32,000 nucleotides of DNA from Methanocaldococcus jannaschii DSM 2661 (GTDB lineage: Archaea > AGJL01 > Methanococci > Methanococcales > Methanocaldococcaceae), in the NCBI RefSeq assembly GCF_000091665.1, contig NC_000909.1, positions 964,603 through 996,602 on the forward strand, given 5' to 3'. The position numbers and the translations under genes were made by a program. The notes under the pieces were generated by a model. The model did not search any database and had not been told where the DNA came from. It worked only from the letters and a program-made list of their open reading frames with translations. This document shows positions 26,362 through 32,000 of the stretch, piece after piece. How positions within the stretch are numbered: the first letter of the stretch is position 1; each line of letters begins with the position of its first letter.

Positions 26362-29049
26362 ATGAACATTTCAGTTATTGGGACTGGTTATGTTGGCTTA
26401 ATACAGGCAGTTGGTTTGGCTGAGTTTGGTTTTGATGTTGTTGGTATTGATATCGATGAATCGAAAGTTAAAGCGTTAAACAGAGGCGAATGCCCATTAT
26501 ATGAAGAAGGTTTGGAAGGGTTATTAAAAAAACATGTAAATAAGAATCTAACATTCACTACTTCTTATAAACCAATAAAGGATTCAGATGTTATCTTTTT
26601 ATGTGTTGGGACTCCTCAAGATAAAGACGGAAATGCTGATTTGAGATTTCTATTTTCTGCAGTTGAGAAGATAAAAGAGACAATAGATAAGGAGGATTAT
26701 AAGGTTATTGTTATAAAATCTACTGTTCCAGTGGGAACAAATAGGAGGGTTAAAGAGCTTTTAAAGGATTATAATGTGGATGTTGTTTCAAATCCGGAGT
26801 TTTTGAGGGAGGGGATTGCTGTCTATGATTTTTTCAATCCAGAGAGGGTAATTTTAGGGTTTGAAAACCTTAACAATAAAAAACCGATAGAAATTATGGA
26901 AGAAGTTTATAAATACTTTAAAGATAAGAATATTCCATTTGTAATAACAAACTGGGAGACTGCAGAGTTAATAAAATATGCCTCTAACGCTTTCTTAGCA
27001 ACAAAGATATCTTTTATAAATGAGTTGGCAAAATTATCGGATAAAGTTAAAGCTGATATAAAAACAATAAGCTATGCTATGGGTTTAGATCCAAGAATTG
27101 GGAATAAGTTTTTAAATGCTGGGATTGGTTATGGTGGGAGCTGTTTCCACCCAGATGAAGTTTTATTTATAGATAGAGGTAGAGGTTTAGAATGCATAAC
27201 ATTCAAAGAATTATTTGAATTAGAAGATAAAGATAATGTAAAGATTCTATCCTTTGATGGAGAAAAATTATCTTTAAAAAAGTTAAAATTAGCATCAAAA
27301 AGATACTACAACGATGATTTAATTACTTTGAGGTTTAATTTAGGTAGAGAAATAAAGATAACAAAAGACCACCCAGTTGTGATTTTAGAAGATGGAGAAT
27401 TAAAAATTAAATTGACATCTGATGTTAAAGAGGGGGATAAGGTAATTTTACCTTATGGAAACTTTGGAGAAGAAAGGGAGATAGAAATAGACATTTTAGA
27501 AGAACTCAGTAAGACAGACCTTATTGAAAAAGTTTGGATACACAATAAGGACTTGGCAACCAATGAATTTAACATTATAAAACCATACTTATCAAACAAA
27601 TATCCTCACGATGTTAAGAGAAATGGAACAATAAGAGCTAAGGATATACTACCAATAAAAGAAATTTTGGATAAATATGGTTCAAAAAATAGATTATTTA
27701 CTGCAAAAAGCAAATCAACAACAATCCCATATAAAATAAAGATAGATAAGGATTTTGCAAGGTTAATTGGCTATTATCTATCAGAAGGCTGGATATCAAA
27801 AGACTATGGAAGAAATGGTGTTGTAAGGAAGAGAATTGGACTATGTTTTGGTATTCATGAAGAGGAATACATAAACGATGTTAAAAACATATTAAACAAA
27901 TTAGGTATAAAATACATAGAAAAAATAAAAGACGGTTCTCATTCAATCCTCATCTCATCAAAAATATTGGCTTATGTATTTGAAAATATCTTAAACTGTG
28001 GAATTAACTGTTATAATAAAAATATTCCTCCACAGATGTTCAATGCAAAAGAGGAAATAAAATGGGAGTTCTTAAAAGGTCTTTTTAGAGGAGATGGCGG
28101 AATTGTAAGGTTAAATAACAACAAAAATCTAAATATTGAATTTGCAACTGTCAGTAAAAAAATGGCTCATTCCTTGTTGATATTACTGCAATTGTTGGGT
28201 ATTGTGGCATCCGTGAAAAAATGCTACAACAACAAATCAACAACTATGGCTTATATTATAAGAATCAATGGATTAGAACAAGTTAAGAAAATCGGAGAGT
28301 TATTTGGTAAAAAATGGGAAAACTACAAAGATATTGCAGAGAGCTATAAAAGAAACATAGAACCGTTAGGTTATAAGAAATCAGATAACTTTGCTATATT
28401 GGAGGTTAAAGAAATTATAAAAGAGCATTATAGCGGTTATGTATATAGCGTAGAAACAGAAAACTCCCTGCTCATAACATCTTATGGAATATTAATCCAT
28501 AATTGCTTCCCAAAAGATGTCAAAGCATTGATAAAACAATTTGAAAATAACAACATAGAACCAATATTAATAAAAGCTACCGACATCGTCAATGAAGAGC
28601 AAATAAAATGGTTCTTTGAAAAGATTAAGAATTATTATGGAAATTTAAATGGAAAAACCTTTGCTGTCTTGGGTTTAGCATTTAAACCAAATACTGATGA
28701 TTTAAGAGAGAGTAGGGCAATAAAATTGATTGATATGCTTTTAGAGAGTGGGGCTATTGTTAAGGGCTTTGATTATGTTGAAAAGGCACGAGAAAACACC
28801 ATCAACATGTATAAGTTAGATAAATCAAAAGGATTTTATGGCTATAACTTGTATGTATTGGATGATTTATATGAGACAGTTAAAAATGTCGATGGAATAA
28901 TAATAACTGTTGAGTATGATTTTAATAAGGAAGACTGGGAAAAGATTGGAAATTTAGTTAAAGAAAAAGTAGTATTCGATGGAAGAAATATTTTAGATGT
29001 TGAAAAGATTAAAAAGTTGGGATTTAAATATTATGGAGTGGGAAGATGA
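26362..29049 (+). CDS. ugd: UDP-glucose 6-dehydrogenase family (nucleotide-sugar dehydrogenase), interrupted by an in-frame intein
   Basis: N-terminal Rossmann ISVIGTGYVGL and NPEFLREG. The active-site motif GIGYGGS | CFPKDVKAL is split by 454 codons. The C-terminal UDP-binding domain is present (GLAFKPNTDDLRES). Confidence 0.92.
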   Translation: MNISVIGTGYVGLIQAVGLAEFGFDVVGIDIDESKVKALNRGECPLYEEGLEGLLKKHVNKNLTFTTSYKPIKDSDVIFLCVGTPQDKDGNADLRFLFSAVEKIKETIDKEDYKVIVIKSTVPVGTNRRVKELLKDYNVDVVSNPEFLREGIAVYDFFNPERVILGFENLNNKKPIEIMEEVYKYFKDKNIPFVITNWETAELIKYASNAFLATKISFINELAKLSDKVKADIKTISYAMGLDPRIGNKFLNAGIGYGGSCFHPDEVLFIDRGRGLECITFKELFELEDKDNVKILSFDGEKLSLKKLKLASKRYYNDDLITLRFNLGREIKITKDHPVVILEDGELKIKLTSDVKEGDKVILPYGNFGEEREIEIDILEELSKTDLIEKVWIHNKDLATNEFNIIKPYLSNKYPHDVKRNGTIRAKDILPIKEILDKYGSKNRLFTAKSKSTTIPYKIKIDKDFARLIGYYLSEGWISKDYGRNGVVRKRIGLCFGIHEEEYINDVKNILNKLGIKYIEKIKDGSHSILISSKILAYVFENILNCGINCYNKNIPPQMFNAKEEIKWEFLKGLFRGDGGIVRLNNNKNLNIEFATVSKKMAHSLLILLQLLGIVASVKKCYNNKSTTMAYIIRINGLEQVKKIGELFGKKWENYKDIAESYKRNIEPLGYKKSDNFAILEVKEIIKEHYSGYVYSVETENSLLITSYGILIHNCFPKDVKALIKQFENNNIEPILIKATDIVNEEQIKWFFEKIKNYYGNLNGKTFAVLGLAFKPNTDDLRESRAIKLIDMLLESGAIVKGFDYVEKARENTINMYKLDKSKGFYGYNLYVLDDLYETVKNVDGIIITVEYDFNKEDWEKIGNLVKEKVVFDGRNILDVEKIKKLGFKYYGVGR
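27142..28503 (+). mobile_element. intein with LAGLIDADG homing-endonuclease domain inside ugd
   Basis: Starts at Cys codon tgt 27142 (CFHPDEVLFID...) and ends ...YGILIHN at 28503, followed by the +1 Cys of CFPKD. 1362 nt = 454 codons. Motifs FARLIGYYLSEGWI and KWEFLKGLFRGDGGI. Confidence 0.92.
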
Positions 29050-30026
29050 AATATAAAAATATCTTAGTTACTGGAAGTGCCGGTTTTATTGGTTTCCATC
29101 TAAGTAAATATTTAATGGATAACTATGAAGATCTAAAGGTTATTGGAATAGATAATTTAAATAACTACTATAACCCAGTTTTAAAAGAAAAAAGGAATGA
29201 AATTTTAAAAAATTATGAAAATTATACGTTTATAAAATTGGATTTTTCAGATTGGGATGATTTAGTTGAAAATTTAAAAGATAAAGAGATTGATTTGATT
29301 GTGCATTTAGGAGCACAGGCAGGAGTTAGATATTCTCTACAAAACCCATGGGCTTATATAAAATCCAATGAAATGGGAACATTAAACATCTTCGAATTTG
29401 CAAGAAGATTTGATATTGAGAAGGTTGTTTATGCTTCCTCTTCTTCTGTCTATGGAGGGAATAGGAAGATTCCTTTTAGTGAAGATGATAGAGTGGATAA
29501 ACCAATCTCTCTATATGCCTCAACAAAGAGAAGTAATGAGTTAATGGCTCATGTATATCATCATCTATATGGTATTAAAATGATTGGTTTAAGGTTTTTT
29601 ACTGTTTATGGAGAGTATGGAAGACCAGATATGGCTTACTTCAAGTTTGCAAAAAACATTTTATTGGGTAAGGAGATTGAGGTCTATAACTATGGAAATA
29701 TGGAGAGGGACTTTACTTATATTTCTGATGTTGTGGATGGAATATTGAGAGCTATTAAAAAGGACTTTGATTATGAGATTTTTAATTTGGGTAATTCTAA
29801 ACCAGTTAAGTTGATGTATTTTATTGAGTTAATTGAAAAATATCTCAACAAAAAAGCAAAAAAGAAATTTTTGCCAATGCAGGATGGAGATGTTTTAAGA
29901 ACCTATGCTGATTTGAGTAAGAGCGAAAAGCTGTTGGGGTATAAACCAAAAGTTACTATTGAGGAGGGTTTAAAGAGATTTTGTAACTGGTTTTTGGAAA
30001 ATAAAGATTGGCTTTTAAGATTATAA
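29046..30026 (+). CDS. NAD-dependent extended-SDR epimerase (UDP-glucuronate 4-epimerase-like, CapI/WbnF type)
   Basis: 326 aa with VTGSAGFIGFH Rossmann motif and catalytic YASTK (YxxxK). The ATGA start/stop overlap with ugd implies translational coupling. Confidence 0.85.
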   Translation: MKYKNILVTGSAGFIGFHLSKYLMDNYEDLKVIGIDNLNNYYNPVLKEKRNEILKNYENYTFIKLDFSDWDDLVENLKDKEIDLIVHLGAQAGVRYSLQNPWAYIKSNEMGTLNIFEFARRFDIEKVVYASSSSVYGGNRKIPFSEDDRVDKPISLYASTKRSNELMAHVYHHLYGIKMIGLRFFTVYGEYGRPDMAYFKFAKNILLGKEIEVYNYGNMERDFTYISDVVDGILRAIKKDFDYEIFNLGNSKPVKLMYFIELIEKYLNKKAKKKFLPMQDGDVLRTYADLSKSEKLLGYKPKVTIEEGLKRFCNWFLENKDWLLRL

Positions 30027-30042
30027 TTTTTTTGGTGGAATG

Positions 30043-31590
30043 ATGTGTGGGATAAATGGGATTATTAGATTTGGTAAAGAAGTTATAAAAGAAGAAATTA
30101 ATAAGATGAATAAAGCAATTAAACATAGAGGTCCTGATGATGAAGGAATCTTTATTTATAATTTTAAAAATTATTCTATTGGTTTGGGACATGTTAGATT
30201 AGCAATTTTAGATTTAAGTGAAAAGGGACATCAACCGATGGGGTATAATGTTGATGAGGATAAAATCATTTATAGAGATGATGAGTTGGATAGGGCGGAT
30301 ATAATCATTGTTTATAATGGAGAGATTTATAATTATTTGGAGTTAAAAGAAAAATTTAACTTAGAGACAGAAACAGGGACAGATACAGAGGTTATTTTAA
30401 AGCTTTATAATAAGTTGGGTTTTGATTGTGTTAAAGAGTTTAATGGTATGTGGGCATTTTGTATTTTTGATAAAAAGAAGGGCTTAATCTTTTGTTCAAG
30501 GGATAGATTAGGAGTTAAGCCATTTTATTATTATTGGGATGGAAATGAATTTATCTTTTCTTCTGAATTGAAGGGAATTTTAGCAGTTAAAGAGATAAAT
30601 AAAAAAGAAAATATTAACAAAGATGCAGTTGAGTTATACTTTGCCTTGGGATTTATCCCATCTCCCTACTCTATTTATAAAAACACTTTTAAATTAGAGG
30701 CAAGACAGAATTTAATCTTTGATTTGGATAAAAGAGAGATTAGAAAATATTATTACTGGGAGTTGCCAGATTACAAACCTATTTATGATAAAAAGAAATT
30801 GATTGAAGAAGGTAAAAAGCTATTATATGATGCTGTTAAGATAAGAATGAGGAGTGATGTGCCAGTTGGAGCGTTTTTGAGTGGTGGTTTAGATAGCTCT
30901 ACAGTTGTTGGAGTTATGAGGGAATTTACAGATTTAAGTAAATTGCATACTTTTTCTATAGGTTTTGAAGGAAAGTATGATGAAACTCCTTATATTAAGA
31001 TAGTTGTTGATTACTTTAAAACTCAGCATCATCATTACTACTTTAAGGAGAGAGATTTTGAGGAATTGATTGATAAATACAGCTGGATTTACGATGAACC
31101 GTTTGGAGATTATAGTGGATTCCCTACTTATAAGGTCTCTGAAATGGCAAGGAAATTTGTTACTGTTGTTTTGAGTGGAGATGGCGGGGATGAGGTTTTT
31201 GGAGGTTATATGACTCATTTAAACGGATATAGAATGGATTTCATTAGAAAATTACCTAAATTTTTGAGAGTTGTTGGTTCTAAATTACCTGTTAAGAAAG
31301 ATTTAAATGGAATTGCTAATTTGTATTTATTAAAGGAGGCGTTTAGGTTATCCTTAATAAATCCAGAGGAATTCTATGCTGAATCAATAAAAGAAGATGC
31401 GATAAGACCAGAAATTTATAAAAAATGGACTATTGAAAAATTAAGATATTGTTTGAATAAAGGAGATAATAAGTTGGGGGAAGCCCTAAGGATTTTTGAT
31501 TTATTGTTTAATACTTTGTGTGATAATTTCTTAGTTAAGGTTGATAGGGCATCTATGCTAACGCTTTGGAAGTTAGAAGTCCATTTTTAG
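30043..31590 (+). CDS. asparagine synthetase (glutamine-hydrolysing)-like amidotransferase, frame-interrupted near the 3' end
   Basis: MCGI N-terminal nucleophile Cys (class II GATase) and PP-loop SGGLDSS. The second ATG (30043) is preferred so that Cys follows the initiator Met, and because of GGTGG spacing. The frame ends at 31590 in the middle of the conserved DRxSM-x-x-LEVRxPFLD motif. Confidence 0.85.
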   Translation: MCGINGIIRFGKEVIKEEINKMNKAIKHRGPDDEGIFIYNFKNYSIGLGHVRLAILDLSEKGHQPMGYNVDEDKIIYRDDELDRADIIIVYNGEIYNYLELKEKFNLETETGTDTEVILKLYNKLGFDCVKEFNGMWAFCIFDKKKGLIFCSRDRLGVKPFYYYWDGNEFIFSSELKGILAVKEINKKENINKDAVELYFALGFIPSPYSIYKNTFKLEARQNLIFDLDKREIRKYYYWELPDYKPIYDKKKLIEEGKKLLYDAVKIRMRSDVPVGAFLSGGLDSSTVVGVMREFTDLSKLHTFSIGFEGKYDETPYIKIVVDYFKTQHHHYYFKERDFEELIDKYSWIYDEPFGDYSGFPTYKVSEMARKFVTVVLSGDGGDEVFGGYMTHLNGYRMDFIRKLPKFLRVVGSKLPVKKDLNGIANLYLLKEAFRLSLINPEEFYAESIKEDAIRPEIYKKWTIEKLRYCLNKGDNKLGEALRIFDLLFNTLCDNFLVKVDRASMLTLWKLEVHF

Positions 31591-31934
31591 ATTATAGGTT
31601 TGCAGAATTTAGCCAAAAAATTCCAACTGAATGGAAGGTAGATTTGTTCAAAACCAAGAAGTTGATGAGGGAGATTATTAAAGATATTTTACCTGAAGAG
31701 ATAGTTAATAGGGGAAAGCAAGGCTTTACTCCACCATTAGCAGATTGGATTTTAAAAGAAAAATATTTAAATGAGATTTTTGAAAAAGTTGAAATATTAA
31801 AAGAGGTTGATTATGAGTTATATGAATTCTTTAAAGAGAAAGTTTTTAAAAATAAAGAACAAAGTTTGTATAGGAATTATTTGATAAGGTTGTTTTTGTT
31901 TATTAAATGGTGGGAGAGATGGATAAGCCATTAG
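31557..31934 (+). pseudogene. C-terminal continuation of the asnB-like gene in the -1 frame
   Basis: Reading from 31557 gives ANALEVRSPFLDYRFAEF..., which continues the motif broken in the upstream frame (..VDRASM). This frame is open only from 31548, as there is a TAG at 31545-31547. Confidence 0.7.
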
Positions 31935-32000
31935 TTTCAGTTGTAATGGCAACATACAACGAACCAGAAAAATATTTAAAGGAATCTATTGAGTCAATTT
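31919..32000 (+). CDS. family 2 glycosyltransferase, N-terminal fragment (runs off the window)
   Basis: MDKPLVSVVMATYNEPEKYLKESIESI is the canonical GT2 N-terminus (hydrophobic beta strand, then xxYN, then xxxLxxxIxS). It overlaps the end of the asnB-like gene by 16 nt. Confidence 0.6.
   Translation, partial: MDKPLVSVVMATYNEPEKYLKESIESI

Noticed and set aside
31548-31590. Programmed -1 ribosomal frameshifting in the asnB-like gene.
   Set aside because: There is no X XXY YYZ slippery site and no convincing downstream stem-loop or pseudoknot in the 43-nt window. A simple indel or sequencing error is more parsimonious. It is kept as a finding only for verification.
1-32000. CRISPR arrays, tRNA/rRNA genes, restriction-modification or other defence systems.
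   Set aside because: I saw no regularly spaced short direct repeats, no cloverleaf-capable GC islands, and no nuclease, methylase or ATPase defence domains. The only long repeats are the 351-bp inverted pair.

Overview
This is an AT-rich archaeal chromosomal window. The proteins look like Methanococcales, and by recollection (not a search) match a Methanocaldococcus jannaschii-type genome. From left to right it contains: a membrane ORF, corA and srp19; mtd on the minus strand; a ZIP-like permease; trpB and trpA separated by an unusually long structured spacer; the RNA polymerase operon rpoH-B''-B'-A'-A''; the rpl30e-nusA-rps12-rps7-EF-2 block; an 856-bp non-coding gap; a 3.6-kb five-gene cassette; and the start of a sugar-nucleotide/glycan cluster (UDP-glucose dehydrogenase, SDR epimerase, asnB-like amidotransferase, partial GT2). 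Three genes (rpoA', rpoA'', ugd) are each interrupted in frame by a LAGLIDADG-type intein at an active-site motif. I could place all six splice junctions from the sequence. Structure not explained by ORFs: (1) two 100%-identical 351-bp inverted copies of a MITE-like, transposase-remnant element that bracket the five-gene cassette exactly; (2) a textbook C/D-box sRNA between rpoA'' and rpl30e; (3) a 25-bp long-range helix in the rpl30e leader; (4) a GC-rich ~69-nt element after EF-2 that folds as lower stem, pocket, upper stem with a consensus K-turn, then ACA (H/ACA-guide-like); (5) three hairpins between trpB and trpA; (6) a one-nucleotide frame break in the asnB-like gene. I saw no CRISPR array, tRNA, rRNA or recognisable defence system. 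The antisense ORFs in the track look spurious.
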